This document shows, piece by piece, positions 50,068 to 59,425 of a stretch of 64,000 nucleotides of DNA. The translations under genes were made by a program, and so were the position numbers. The first letter of the stretch is position 1, and the number at the start of each line of letters is the position of its first letter. Under the pieces are notes generated by a model, which saw nothing but the letters and a program-made list of their open reading frames with translations, made no database searches and was not told where the DNA came from. The DNA comes from Escherichia phage SUSP2. Where the stretch lies: sequence record KT454806; one strand, given 5' to 3'.

Positions 50068-50285
50068 TTTGCTACCCTCTCTAAACGAGCATTCCACTCA
50101 ATATCCATCAGACGTTTGAAAGCTTTACCTCTTGGTGTAACATGAGGCATCCCATCATGCACTGTGCAGTACAGAATATCACCTTCAGCTTTCTTACCAT
50201 AACACTGCTTAGTCTTTTTAGCTTTCCTGTAGGATTCTGTAGCAGCAAGCATCCAGTACTCACCAAGTGTTGTAAATTTTTTCAT
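50064..50285 (-). CDS. hypothetical protein
   Basis: 73 aa. Confidence 0.4.
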   Translation of the reverse strand: MKKFTTLGEYWMLAATESYRKAKKTKQCYGKKAEGDILYCTVHDGMPHVTPRGKAFKRLMDIEWNARLERVAK

Positions 50286-50968
50286 TCGTTCACCATAGCG
50301 TTGTAGAACTGACGTTGAATTTCTTCAGCAATCTGATAAGGTGTTAAACCAGCTTTAATCATCATCCTCACGGTGTACTCAATATCTCCGTGTTTTACTA
50401 CTCTCTCCGTGATAAACGCTGCTTCTCTCACCTCTTCAGCAGATTTTACAGCCTCTTCACATTTACTTGTCAACATTGAATCAAGTTTTGTTTGAGGTGT
50501 GAAGTAGTGGTGATGTTGACTGCCTGAAGAGAAAGCTTTGAAGAAGTCTTGGGCTTTGTCAACAACTACTGAAGCTGCGCCATTAGCATCTGCCTTAGTT
50601 GTGAAACGTGCTGTACCATAGTCATGTTTAGGCAGGTCTTCTGCTTTTAGGGCAGGTGCTTCACATGTATCCTTCGAGATTTCACTTTTATTATCTTGTA
50701 CAACACTCAGGCTTAACATGAGGGCATCCTTCCATGTACCAGTAAACATGCCTCTGTGAAAATCATCAGTTGAGTAAACTTGACCAGCATAAATCCTCTG
50801 CTCAACATTGTTGACCATGAATGTCATATTTGCTATTGGTTTAAAGTAAACTCTTCCAGTGTCTGATACAAATGTCACATCTGCATAAACTGTATCAGCA
50901 CCAGCTATTGAAAATCGAGATGTGTTAGCAACATTGATAGTTATTACATCACCTTTTTGTACTTTCAT
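50282..50968 (-). CDS. hypothetical protein
   Basis: Start at GAGGAAAG-preceded Met (228 aa). Confidence 0.5.
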   Translation of the reverse strand: MKVQKGDVITINVANTSRFSIAGADTVYADVTFVSDTGRVYFKPIANMTFMVNNVEQRIYAGQVYSTDDFHRGMFTGTWKDALMLSLSVVQDNKSEISKDTCEAPALKAEDLPKHDYGTARFTTKADANGAASVVVDKAQDFFKAFSSGSQHHHYFTPQTKLDSMLTSKCEEAVKSAEEVREAAFITERVVKHGDIEYTVRMMIKAGLTPYQIAEEIQRQFYNAMVNE

Positions 50969-51046
50969 TTTACTTTCCTCGCATATGAAAAAGGGACTAC
51001 CCTTAAGTAGCCCCATCATATAGAAATCTGTATACTGCTGTCAAGA

Positions 51047-51637
51047 TTATTTTTTCGGCAGCAATGCACTACGTCTGTTTCGTTCATTCTCAAGCATGGA
51101 GATAAAGTCATCTTTAGCACCACGCCAAGGGCTAAACCCAGGAATATGCTCACGGATAGCTTCAACAACAGTCTTCAGAGCATTGTTTTTCATCCACCAA
51201 TCAGGACTCGAAGCAGCAGTCACGTAGAACTGTGCATCATCTGTCAAAACTGGTTCAGTAATGCAAGGAGAAATGTACGTGGTGATGATTGCACCACTGT
51301 TCAGGTAATATGTACGTTTCAGAACCTTTTCAAGCAGTTTGTGCAGGTCACCAAACAGTGAAACTACGTCACGGTGGTTAATATCCTTGTCAAGAGTTGC
51401 ACGATACTTCAAAAGTGCTGCATCAACTTCTTTGTCGTTATACTTGAAGTACTGAACTTCTTCGATAACACATGCAGAGATGTTGTTAACGTTCATCGTC
51501 ACTGTACAAACCTTTGCAGGTGAGTTAACAGTTGGTTGGAATGCTGCAAGAATACCTTCAATGTTACCAAAGTGTTGTACAAGGGTAACTTGTGGCATAA
51601 ACTCTTCTTGATTCTCTGGCTTTACTTCTTCAGACAT
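51047..51637 (-). CDS. hypothetical protein
   Basis: 196 aa; GAGGAAA RBS. Confidence 0.5.
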   Translation of the reverse strand: MSEEVKPENQEEFMPQVTLVQHFGNIEGILAAFQPTVNSPAKVCTVTMNVNNISACVIEEVQYFKYNDKEVDAALLKYRATLDKDINHRDVVSLFGDLHKLLEKVLKRTYYLNSGAIITTYISPCITEPVLTDDAQFYVTAASSPDWWMKNNALKTVVEAIREHIPGFSPWRGAKDDFISMLENERNRRSALLPKK

Positions 51638-51981
51638 TATAGTTTCCTCACTAAATATTTTTTAAGTTGTGTGTTAGGAGTTTCAAAGACCTCTAAAGAA
51701 GAAATCTTGATGTTATCACCACGCATGTTTGTATGGCGGTAAATGTAGTACTCCAACATGCCTATGTGTTTTGCTGGAAGGTCATGCTTGACGAAAACTG
51801 TTACACTATCCTCAAACTGTAAGACTCTTACACCATCTTTATATTTAAACTCTTTAGGCTGCTGGTAATCTCCTAAATCACACATGATAAAGAGCCTTGA
51901 ACGGTGCTTGTCAACTTGTGAAGTCAAAGCATTCTGCATATCCGCAAAGCTCTTGTAAACAACAACGTGTAACTTAGTCAT
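51637..51981 (-). CDS. hypothetical protein
   Basis: Start at internal Met (MTKLHVVVYK..), 114 aa. Confidence 0.45.
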   Translation of the reverse strand: MTKLHVVVYKSFADMQNALTSQVDKHRSRLFIMCDLGDYQQPKEFKYKDGVRVLQFEDSVTVFVKHDLPAKHIGMLEYYIYRHTNMRGDNIKISSLEVFETPNTQLKKYLVRKL

Positions 51982-52267
51982 CACGGTATTCCCTGACGAA
52001 GAAATAGTTAACTTTGTTGCCACCAATAAGTAACTCAAAGCAGGTGTTCTCAAAAGGTGTCTTTGAGGCATCATACGTAGTGTACGGTTCAGACACCTGC
52101 TTAGTGGTGAGTTTCTTGTTGGCGGGATTTAAGAGGCCACCATAAAGTTTCTTGATAGCCTCTTCAACGACACTCCAAGTCATGTCGTCGGTTATTTCTT
52201 CGTACAGGTCGAACTCTCGTTCAAGAACAAAGTCACAAATCGGAAAGACAACCTGTAAACGACTCAT
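51974..52267 (-). CDS. hypothetical protein
   Basis: 97 aa. Confidence 0.45.
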   Translation of the reverse strand: MSRLQVVFPICDFVLEREFDLYEEITDDMTWSVVEEAIKKLYGGLLNPANKKLTTKQVSEPYTTYDASKTPFENTCFELLIGGNKVNYFFVREYRDD

Positions 52268-52662
52268 TAGCGAATTACCTGTGTGACCTGAATAGCTTCG
52301 GTAACAGAAATGTCACCAACTTTTTCTTCAGTGACAAAAGTGAAGGTTAGCTCTACAGGCTCCTTCTCAACTTCCAGTTCTACAGGAACACCATTCAGTT
52401 CATCAAAGATTGATTGGGTAGTCCAATCCTCCTGACCATCTGGGTAGTGGATAGCGTAGAACGGGAACTCTACATCATACCAACCAAATACAGGGCAACC
52501 ATCTTCATCATCACGAACACGACGCAGTGTGTTTCCAGTTTTAAGAAAACGAAGACTTAGGTTTCCGTTAGACTGGAAAATCACACAATCAACAAGTCCT
52601 TTGTTGGGGTCAACCGTGTTGTGGCGAGATGTGTCAACTTTTACAGGAATCTCTTTATTCAT
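52267..52662 (-). CDS. hypothetical protein
   Basis: Start at internal Met (MNKEIPVKV..), 131 aa. Confidence 0.45.
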   Translation of the reverse strand: MNKEIPVKVDTSRHNTVDPNKGLVDCVIFQSNGNLSLRFLKTGNTLRRVRDDEDGCPVFGWYDVEFPFYAIHYPDGQEDWTTQSIFDELNGVPVELEVEKEPVELTFTFVTEEKVGDISVTEAIQVTQVIR

Positions 52663-53065
52663 AATAACCTCTCTCAGCTTTTTCAATCTTATCCAGAAGC
52701 TTGATGCACTGGTTGTTGTGGTAGTTAGCCTCACCCTGATGCAAAGCTTTCTGCTTCTCAAGTAGGCTTTTATAGTAACCGGAAAGCTGCTCTCTTGTCA
52801 AGGGGTGCTCTGAAATAATATCTAAACCATTCTCACCAAGTGGGCTGAACACACCTTCACCATCCACGTTGTATGTGCTTCCTACATAGAAAGAATTGTT
52901 AGCAATCGTGATAGGTGAACGCTCAATTACCTCGACGATAAACTTGCTGTAAACCTTCTCACCTAAAGTTACAACCTTGCTTCCACTGATACGAACCTTC
53001 ATCCCACTACGGGTGTATTTGAAAGTCCCAACATCACTAGCCCAAATCTTCATAGTTTTCTCCAT
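52655..53065 (-). CDS. hypothetical protein
   Basis: 136 aa. Confidence 0.5.
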   Translation of the reverse strand: MEKTMKIWASDVGTFKYTRSGMKVRISGSKVVTLGEKVYSKFIVEVIERSPITIANNSFYVGSTYNVDGEGVFSPLGENGLDIISEHPLTREQLSGYYKSLLEKQKALHQGEANYHNNQCIKLLDKIEKAERGYYE

Positions 53066-53069
53066 AGAA

Positions 53070-53093
53070 ATAAAAAAGGCTCCCGAAGGAGCC
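53070..53093 (-). terminator. rho-independent terminator (minus strand)
   Basis: GGCTCC-ttcg-GGAGCC plus T-run on minus strand downstream of lysozyme gene. Confidence 0.65.
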
Positions 53094-53103
53094 TCTAAAT
53101 CTA

Positions 53104-53568
53104 CTATTTCGGATAAACAGCGTCAAGGTAAATTTTTGCTTCTAAACTACGTCTATTTTTCAGACCCTTAGAAACTTCTTTCTTACCGTTGACTGTTACC
53201 TTGTTCCACCACTGCATAGCTTCAGCACAACCAGCCTTATTACCAGCATTGTGACGCTTGATGAAAGTGGAATCTCTCATAGCTGTGATGCCAATGTTGT
53301 AAGTTTCTACAACGAGAGCATCAAACTCATTTTGGGAAGTTGGAACCTTGATAGCTTTGTTCACCGCACCAACATAGCTTTCAACATCTGCAAGCAGATA
53401 CTGTTCAGCTTGTTCAGAAGTAATCTTCATACCCATCGTAACAGGTTTACCACCAATACGGATTGTCCCGTACCCAATTGTTGGGATTCCAGCAGAGTCT
53501 TTATAGGCTTCTAGACGAAGCCCTTCAAAAAACTTAATTGCTGCAAGCCCCTTATCAGAGAGTTGCAT
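53104..53568 (-). CDS. endolysin, T4-type lysozyme (GH24)
   Basis: N-terminus AAIKFFEGLRLEAYKDSAGIPTIGYG matches the catalytic E..D..T triad region of phage lysozymes. Confidence 0.8.
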   Translation of the reverse strand: MQLSDKGLAAIKFFEGLRLEAYKDSAGIPTIGYGTIRIGGKPVTMGMKITSEQAEQYLLADVESYVGAVNKAIKVPTSQNEFDALVVETYNIGITAMRDSTFIKRHNAGNKAGCAEAMQWWNKVTVNGKKEVSKGLKNRRSLEAKIYLDAVYPK

Positions 53569-53570
53569 TA

Positions 53571-54455
53571 TTAACCTCCTACTTCGTTAACCACAACAGT
53601 AGCTGCATTAGAAGTCACAGAACCACCTGCACCAGTAACTACACAAGTGTATGTTCCGGCATCATCAGCAGTTGTTGCATCCTCTTTTGTGTAAGTCGCT
53701 GAAGTTGCTCCAGAGATGTTATCAGCACCTTTCTTCCACTGGTAACCAGTTGCTCCAGTAGCCACGATGCTCAACTCAAGAGTGTCACCTTCAGTGATTT
53801 CAACGTTTTGCGGCTGCGTAGTGATTACTGGCAAAGCATTCACTGTCACAGTTGCAGCATTTGACGTTACAGTTGCACCACCTTCACCAGTTACTACGCA
53901 GGTGTAAGAACCAGCATCAGCAGGTACTACATTTGATTTGGTGTAAGTTGCAGATGTTGCACCGGAGATGTTACTTGCGCCTTTCTTCCACTGATAACCC
54001 GTAGCACCAGTTGCAACAATACTCAGAGTCAGCGTTCCACCTTCGTTAACAGTCTGGTTAGTAGGCTGCGTAGTGATTACTGGAGGAACTACAGAGTCTT
54101 TCAGTTTTGCGTTCAGCATTGAGAAAGGTTTGACCCTTGCAAGCCATTCACAGTAAACGGTGTCAACGTCTTTACCGTTGATAATTGCATACTGCAAATC
54201 CATGAAGAAATCAGCAGTTCTCATCTGAGCACCAACGCTGTAAAGGAGTTCTGGACTGAATGGGACTGTATAGGCTGGCTCATAAGCAAAGTTGGTCACC
54301 TCTGCAATATCTGCTTCAGGCCAAGGTGAACTGTAAGTCAGTGGTAGAATAGCTTCTTGATATGTTCTGAAGTCATATCTTTTACCAGCTTTAACGTTCG
54401 CAATAAAACCTTTAACGAACTCTTTGAAATCTGGATATGTTTTTGCCTTAATCAT
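53571..54455 (-). CDS. protein with two tandem Ig-like repeats (possible virion-surface or decoration protein)
   Basis: Repeated blocks PVITTQP..TLxLSIVATGATGYQWKKGAxNISGATSATYTK..AGxYTCVVTG; N-terminal domain paralogous to 54448-54822. Confidence 0.55.
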   Translation of the reverse strand: MIKAKTYPDFKEFVKGFIANVKAGKRYDFRTYQEAILPLTYSSPWPEADIAEVTNFAYEPAYTVPFSPELLYSVGAQMRTADFFMDLQYAIINGKDVDTVYCEWLARVKPFSMLNAKLKDSVVPPVITTQPTNQTVNEGGTLTLSIVATGATGYQWKKGASNISGATSATYTKSNVVPADAGSYTCVVTGEGGATVTSNAATVTVNALPVITTQPQNVEITEGDTLELSIVATGATGYQWKKGADNISGATSATYTKEDATTADDAGTYTCVVTGAGGSVTSNAATVVVNEVGG

Positions 54456-54822
54456 TTTTATTAGCCTCTAATCTTGCATTTAATCTGAAGTAGCCTTTGT
54501 GTTTCGGAGAAACATCACCAAGAACTACACCTTCAATTTTATATCCCTTACCAATCACATACTGAATATCCATAAGGAAAGTACCCAGCCCAACAATGTG
54601 GAACATTGGGTAGAGTAATTCTTCAGAATCTGGTAGGTCAATTTTAGGAGTGTATTTGAAGGTTGCAGTGGTTGGTTGGATATCCGTTTCAGGCCATTGA
54701 CTAGTACGCCACGTTAAAGGAGTTGGGAGCACATCATCGAGATTGTACCTCTCACCTTCTTCAATTGTTTGTACATAGGATTGTAGGAAGCAGTAAAAGT
54801 CTTTTCCACTCTTCGCCTTCAT
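54448..54822 (-). CDS. paralog of the N-terminal domain of 53571-54455
   Basis: 124 aa; shared pattern KAK..DF..F..WPE.DI..LLY..MDIQYVI. Confidence 0.5.
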   Translation of the reverse strand: MKAKSGKDFYCFLQSYVQTIEEGERYNLDDVLPTPLTWRTSQWPETDIQPTTATFKYTPKIDLPDSEELLYPMFHIVGLGTFLMDIQYVIGKGYKIEGVVLGDVSPKHKGYFRLNARLEANKND

Positions 54823-54841
54823 TATCTATCCTTAAAGAATT

Positions 54842-54860
54842 AAAAAGGGGCTTTCGCCCC
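54842..54860 (-). terminator. rho-independent terminator (minus strand)
   Basis: GGGGC-gaaa-GCCCC plus TTTTT on minus strand. Confidence 0.6.
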
Positions 54861-54867
54861 GAAATAC

Positions 54868-55458
54868 TTAAGCTTTAGTCTTAAGCAGGTTTTTAAGCTT
54901 TTTGAGATTCATGGTCTCATCAAACTTAAAGCCGAATCCATTGACATACTCAATGAACTCAGATTTCTTACTCAAAGCAAGCGCGTAATCCATGTCGAAG
55001 TCATTGCTTGGAGTTGCGTCTGGTGTAGTGTTCACATCAAACGAGATATCTGTAGGTGTCAAGTCACCACTTCTCATGTTGTCCACAAGAACGCATGTGT
55101 AGTTTGCTGGGTAGAATGATACAGAGCCATCAACATAAGTGTACTTGTCATTATGGATAAGATTTGAGAAGACCTTCAGGAAGGTTTCAGCGTCGTGACA
55201 GACAAGTTTAAACTTACTTTCTGCACCAAGAGCCATCAGGGAATATGGACATTCTTCGCTTAGGTCGTATGAAGGGTTCACATTACATACCGTCACACGC
55301 ATCAGGTTATTTGCAATTGTCTTCTGTTTAAAAGTGTCAGGTACGTAGTGCATACCTCTTCCACACTGATTAACCAACTCTTTTAAGAGGTCATTTGCAT
55401 AAGGTGAAGTGACGGATACAGAGCCATCACTATTATAATTAAAACTTACGGTTAACAT
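54868..55458 (-). CDS. hypothetical protein
   Basis: 196 aa. Confidence 0.5.
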   Translation of the reverse strand: MLTVSFNYNSDGSVSVTSPYANDLLKELVNQCGRGMHYVPDTFKQKTIANNLMRVTVCNVNPSYDLSEECPYSLMALGAESKFKLVCHDAETFLKVFSNLIHNDKYTYVDGSVSFYPANYTCVLVDNMRSGDLTPTDISFDVNTTPDATPSNDFDMDYALALSKKSEFIEYVNGFGFKFDETMNLKKLKNLLKTKA

Positions 55459-55685
55459 TTATCAGTTCTCCTACGATTTATAATTTTGCTGCAATAGAGA
55501 AACGAAGCAAACTCACTGGAAGAAACCATTAAATGCTGTTCACTAGATTGAGCTACAGCCCTGAAATACATTCCAGTTAGAGCATCATAGTGACTATTCT
55601 TCCCAATAGAAGTTATATAACCATGATTCTTTGCAGTCTGATACAACTCAATAATATCTGTGATTTCTAATTGTGAACTACACAT
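55452..55685 (-). CDS. hypothetical protein
   Basis: 77 aa; first gene of minus cluster. Confidence 0.4.
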   Translation of the reverse strand: MCSSQLEITDIIELYQTAKNHGYITSIGKNSHYDALTGMYFRAVAQSSEQHLMVSSSEFASFLYCSKIINRRRTDKC

Positions 55686-56076
55686 AAATAATCCTCTTGT
55701 CTTCTGTAATTTTGAAAGAACAGGTACAGACCAATTTCAGAGGACGAATAGTAGATTGATTCTACCCTTTTTGATTCCTTACAGTGATTGGTATTATTAC
55801 CTTTCTTCGGTTTATTAGATTTTCTCATTAAGTCTCCTTTGTAGATAAAGGCAGACCTACAGCTTTAAGTAAGATGGTACAGTAATCCATACAACAAGTC
55901 AAGAACTATTGCAACTGAAAAAAGTTGTTGACAAATGACTTGACAAGCTGTAGCCTAATAAAACACTTAGAAGATTACTTAAAAGACTCTTCTAAAAAGG
56001 CTATTTAAACAGATATCTTTCTGGATATCTATCTCTTATCTTAAAAGCCTTTTAAGAAGTCTTAGAAGGAGACTGA

Positions 56077-56448
56077 ATGACAAAACGTACAAACAAAGGC
56101 CAATTCAAGAAAGGCCAGTCTGGTAACCCATCTGGAAGACCAAAAGGTTCACGTAACAAGAGTTCTCTTGTAAAAGCCCAATTAACCATTGACAACTCAG
56201 CAGAGTATGCTGCAAAGTTGTTTGAGGCGATTGTTACCAGAGACCCTGTAAAACTTGCAGAGTTTGGACTTTCACCAAATGATGTTCAGATTAAATCTAT
56301 GATGGAAGCTGGTAAGGTCATCATGACCCACTCAGCAGGTGAGATGAAAGCCATCGCTGGGGATGCTAAGAAGGGCGACGATAAAGGCGGAGACAAACCA
56401 CAAGAGAACAAACCAACGTTCTCTGCTGTAGCGACTCTGAAAAAATAA
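56077..56448 (+). CDS. hypothetical basic protein with GNPSGRPKG motif
   Basis: 123 aa; N-terminal KGQFKKGQSGNPSGRPKGSRNK. Confidence 0.5.
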   Translation: MTKRTNKGQFKKGQSGNPSGRPKGSRNKSSLVKAQLTIDNSAEYAAKLFEAIVTRDPVKLAEFGLSPNDVQIKSMMEAGKVIMTHSAGEMKAIAGDAKKGDDKGGDKPQENKPTFSAVATLKK

Positions 56449-56459
56449 TTTAAAAGATG

Positions 56460-56489
56460 TTGACAGGCTCTACGAAGATGTTCTAAAGT
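56460..56489 (+). promoter_or_regulatory. sigma70-like promoter candidate
   Basis: TTGACA, 17-18 bp, (C)TAAAGT. Confidence 0.35.
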
Positions 56490-56528
56490 CTGTCACATCA
56501 AACAACAAATGAGAGAAGAGAGTAAAAT

Positions 56529-57944
56529 ATGAGCGATTTATTTAAACATTCGCACCTTCATGCAGGGCGAACTGAAAATGGTGCTGTTAACCATACATCA
56601 TCAATGTCTGCCTTGGTAGACTTCTACAAAGCTGCTGGTTCAAGCCGTGGTAATGTAGAGATTCTCCCAGAGTTGTTCTACAAAGCTTTGCGTGAGGATG
56701 TTGATGTAGCAGTTCGTATTTTACTGCATATGCGAGATGTACGAGAAGGTATGGGTGAGCGTAAAGCTTTCCGAACTGTTCTCTTACAAGCAATCGAAGA
56801 TAACATTCTAGATTCTTTCCAAGTTCTTCGTATCATGGATAAGATTTCTGAATTAGGTCGTTTCGATGACTTCAAAATCTTCGTAGGGACTCGTTATGAG
56901 ACAGATGCTTTCAAGCATTTAGAAGCAGCTTTGTTAGACCCTGATACAGCAGGTTTAGCAGCTAAGTGGTTACCACGAGTAAAACCACGACACAAACAGT
57001 TTGTAAAACGTTTCTGTAAGTTTGCAAACCTGAGTGAGAAAGAATACCGTACACTGTTATCAGCTTTGTCTGATACCGTTGAACAGAAAATCTCTACAAA
57101 TAACTTTGGTGAGATTGACTACAGCAAGATTCCTTCACTGGCTGCTGCACGTTATCAAAAACTGTTCAGCAAAAAAGATGGTGAACGTTATGCAGCTTAC
57201 GTTGAAGCTTTATCCAAGGGTGAAGCAAAGATTAATGCTGGTGCTGTGTACCCATACGATATTCTGAAGTCCGTTAATCACGGTAAAGCAAACGTTGCAA
57301 ACGAACAGTGGAAAGTATTACCAAACTGGATGGCAGAAGGTGAAAACATTCTGTGCATGACAGACGTATCAGCTTCTATGACGTGGCAAACTTTTGGTGC
57401 TGTTACCGCTCTTGATATTGGTCTGTCTTTGGCGTTATACGTCTCAGAACGCAATACAGGGTGCTTTAAAGATGAGTTGATGGTTTACTCCACAAGACCT
57501 CACTTTATTACTCTGAGTGGTGATTTGCAGACTCGTATGCGTCAGGTAATGAACAAGGTTGAGTATGGTTCAACAAACCTGCAAGCAGCATTTGACCGCA
57601 TTCTTGAAATCGGTGTAAGAAATGGCTTGACTCAGGCAGCAATGCCAAGTAAGCTTATTATCTTCTCTGATATGGAGTTCAATCAGGTTGACGGTGCAGA
57701 TGGTTGTACAAACTTCGAAGCAATTCGTAGTAAGTACGAAAAAGCTGGATACGAAATGCCACAACTGGTATTCTGGTACTTAGCAAACCGTAATGGTACT
57801 TGCGAAGTGTCTGTTAAGGATAACGGTGTAGCAATGGTATCGGGGTTCTCTCCAGCCACTTTAAAAGCTCTGCTTGGTGGTGAGAAGTTTGACCCAATCA
57901 GCGTAATGCTCAAAGCAGTAATGATTGACCGTTACATCTGGTAA
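56529..57944 (+). CDS. vWA-domain protein, possibly Ro60-like (TROVE plus vWA architecture)
   Basis: 471 aa; MIDAS-like DVSAS in CMTDVSASMTW at about residue 277; TROVE assignment of the N-terminal 260 aa is tentative. Confidence 0.5.
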   Translation: MSDLFKHSHLHAGRTENGAVNHTSSMSALVDFYKAAGSSRGNVEILPELFYKALREDVDVAVRILLHMRDVREGMGERKAFRTVLLQAIEDNILDSFQVLRIMDKISELGRFDDFKIFVGTRYETDAFKHLEAALLDPDTAGLAAKWLPRVKPRHKQFVKRFCKFANLSEKEYRTLLSALSDTVEQKISTNNFGEIDYSKIPSLAAARYQKLFSKKDGERYAAYVEALSKGEAKINAGAVYPYDILKSVNHGKANVANEQWKVLPNWMAEGENILCMTDVSASMTWQTFGAVTALDIGLSLALYVSERNTGCFKDELMVYSTRPHFITLSGDLQTRMRQVMNKVEYGSTNLQAAFDRILEIGVRNGLTQAAMPSKLIIFSDMEFNQVDGADGCTNFEAIRSKYEKAGYEMPQLVFWYLANRNGTCEVSVKDNGVAMVSGFSPATLKALLGGEKFDPISVMLKAVMIDRYIW

Positions 57945-57963
57945 AAAGTTTTAAAAAGGGTAT

Positions 57964-57992
57964 TGACAATCTGCTCGATACCCTTTAATATG
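57964..57992 (+). promoter_or_regulatory. strong sigma70-like promoter upstream of tRNA island
   Basis: TTGACA, 17 bp, TAATAT; A/T-rich upstream. Confidence 0.55.
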
Positions 57993-58110
57993 TTCTACAT
58001 AGAAACGAAATCGAGAGTTTTTCTAAGATACTGAAAAATATTTTAAAAAAGTTCTTGACAACCACTAAAAAATAATGTTAAAGTGGTTACATAGAGTTTG
58101 AAAAGATTAT

Positions 58111-58187
58111 CTCCGTTTAGCTCAGTTTGGTAGAGTGCGCCGTTTGGGGCGGTGAGGTCGAAGGTTCAATCCCTTCAACGGAGACCA
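58111..58187 (+). tRNA. tRNA-Pro (anticodon UGG)
   Basis: Hand-folded cloverleaf: acceptor ctccgtt/aacggag, anticodon loop tttgggg, T-arm gaagg-ttcaatc-ccttc, encoded CCA. Confidence 0.75.
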
Positions 58188-58194
58188 AATTAAT

Positions 58195-58272
58195 GTTCCA
58201 GTAGACAAATTGGTAAAGTCACCACACTTTCAATGTGGAGTTTTGAGGGTTCAAGTCCCTTCTGGAACGCCA
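58195..58272 (+). tRNA. tRNA-Glu (UUC)
   Basis: Acceptor gttccag/ctggaac, anticodon loop ctttcaa, CCA. Confidence 0.75.
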
Positions 58273-58355
58273 AATTTGACAGAAGACCAAGTACAGCAAA
58301 TAACTTTACTTTTCGCGCATAGAAAACTTAAAAGTTTGGTCTGGTCATAAAAGTT

Positions 58356-58432
58356 CGCGGGTATAGAGAAAGGGCGTCTCACATGTCTCATTAGCATGGT
58401 ATCGGCAGGTTCGACTCCTGCACCCGCCTCCA
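58356..58432 (+). tRNA. tRNA-like gene, anticodon CAU (Met/Ile2/fMet undetermined)
   Basis: T-arm gcagg-ttcgact-cctgc, anticodon loop ctcatta; 1-72 mismatch and unusual discriminator. Confidence 0.4.
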
Positions 58433-58514
58433 AATTTGCAGAAGACCGTTTACAGCAATCTCAAAAATTTTTATCGGAAAAAATGAAAAGATACGGTCTG
58501 GCAATACTAAACAT

Positions 58515-58591
58515 GGTGAGGAAGCACATAAGGCATGTGCGGTCGGCTGTTAACCGAATGGTATAGGGTTCGAATCCCTAACTCACCGCCA
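58515..58591 (+). tRNA. tRNA-Asn (GUU)
   Basis: Anticodon loop ctgttaa, T-arm taggg-ttcgaat-cccta, CCA. Confidence 0.7.
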
Positions 58592-58651
58592 AGATTTGGG
58601 AGAGAAGCGTAATGCTCACCGATTTGTAAGGTGCAAGTCCTTAGCCTGAAT

Positions 58652-58739
58652 AGAATAAAATGCGTCGTTATCCCGTAGATGGAAGCGGTGGTGACTGTAA
58701 ATCACTTGTCATTATGACTCGGTAGGTTCGACTCCTTCA
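58652..58739 (+). tRNA. tRNA-Tyr (GUA), long variable arm
   Basis: Acceptor gcgtcgt/acggcgc, anticodon loop ctgtaaa, 88 nt. Confidence 0.65.
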
Positions 58740-58745
58740 CGGCGC

Positions 58746-58823
58746 ACCAAATAAAGGTTATGTAGTTTAATCTGGTTAAAATACTCCCCTGTCACGGGAG
58801 ATGATGAGGGTTCGAATCCCTTC
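58746..58823 (+). tRNA. tRNA-Asp (GUC)
   Basis: Anticodon loop ctgtcac, stem ctccc/gggag, CCA. Confidence 0.75.
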
Positions 58824-59261
58824 GTAACCGCCAAATTTGAGAGGGCTTTTTAGCCCCTCCCTTAAAGAGTTCTTACGAGTATTCTTTAAAGGAGCAGAAG
58901 ACCAAATTCAGCAAGCCAACTTAAAAAATTTCAAGCCAATTTAATTTTGAAAAATTTAAAACTTGGTCTGGCTCAACAAATTTACAGAAGACCGTTTACA
59001 GCAAGTATAAAACAATCTATTTCTCTGGTAAAGAAAAGGCGAAGGTTCGATTCCTTCACACGTTACGGCGTGTTGGTGTAATGGTAGCACTTAAGATAAA
59101 ACAACGGTCTGGTAATCTTCTTTGCAGTGACTTATGGAGCTAAATGCCGTCCCATGAGTGCCGATGAATTTCCTTAGCATGATTCTAGATTAGCTTAATA
59201 GGAAATGACTCTACAAACCCTTTAGCAAGGTTTGCGTAGGTTACTGCAAAGATGATTTAAT

Positions 59262-59337
59262 GGGAGTGTAGCAGAATGGTGATGCGGCAGACTTTTAATC
59301 TGACAGGCGACGGGTTCGAATCCCTCCACTCCTACCA
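59262..59337 (+). tRNA. tRNA-Lys (UUU)
   Basis: Acceptor gggagtg/cactcct, anticodon loop cttttaa; weak T-stem. Confidence 0.6.
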
Positions 59338-59343
59338 AATAAT

Positions 59344-59420
59344 GGTTCAGTCGCAGATAAGGTAATGCAAGGGTTTCATAAGCCCTATGAATGTGGGTTC
59401 GAATCCCATCTGAACCTCCA
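59344..59420 (+). tRNA. tRNA-Met-type (CAU)
   Basis: Acceptor ggttcag/ctgaacc, anticodon loop ttcataa. Confidence 0.65.
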
Positions 59421-59425
59421 ATTAT

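Noticed and set aside
55686-56076. Strong divergent promoter between the minus cluster and the 56077 gene
   Set aside because: TTGACA boxes are present (55928, 55940) but no acceptable -10 follows at 16-18 bp, so no call was made.
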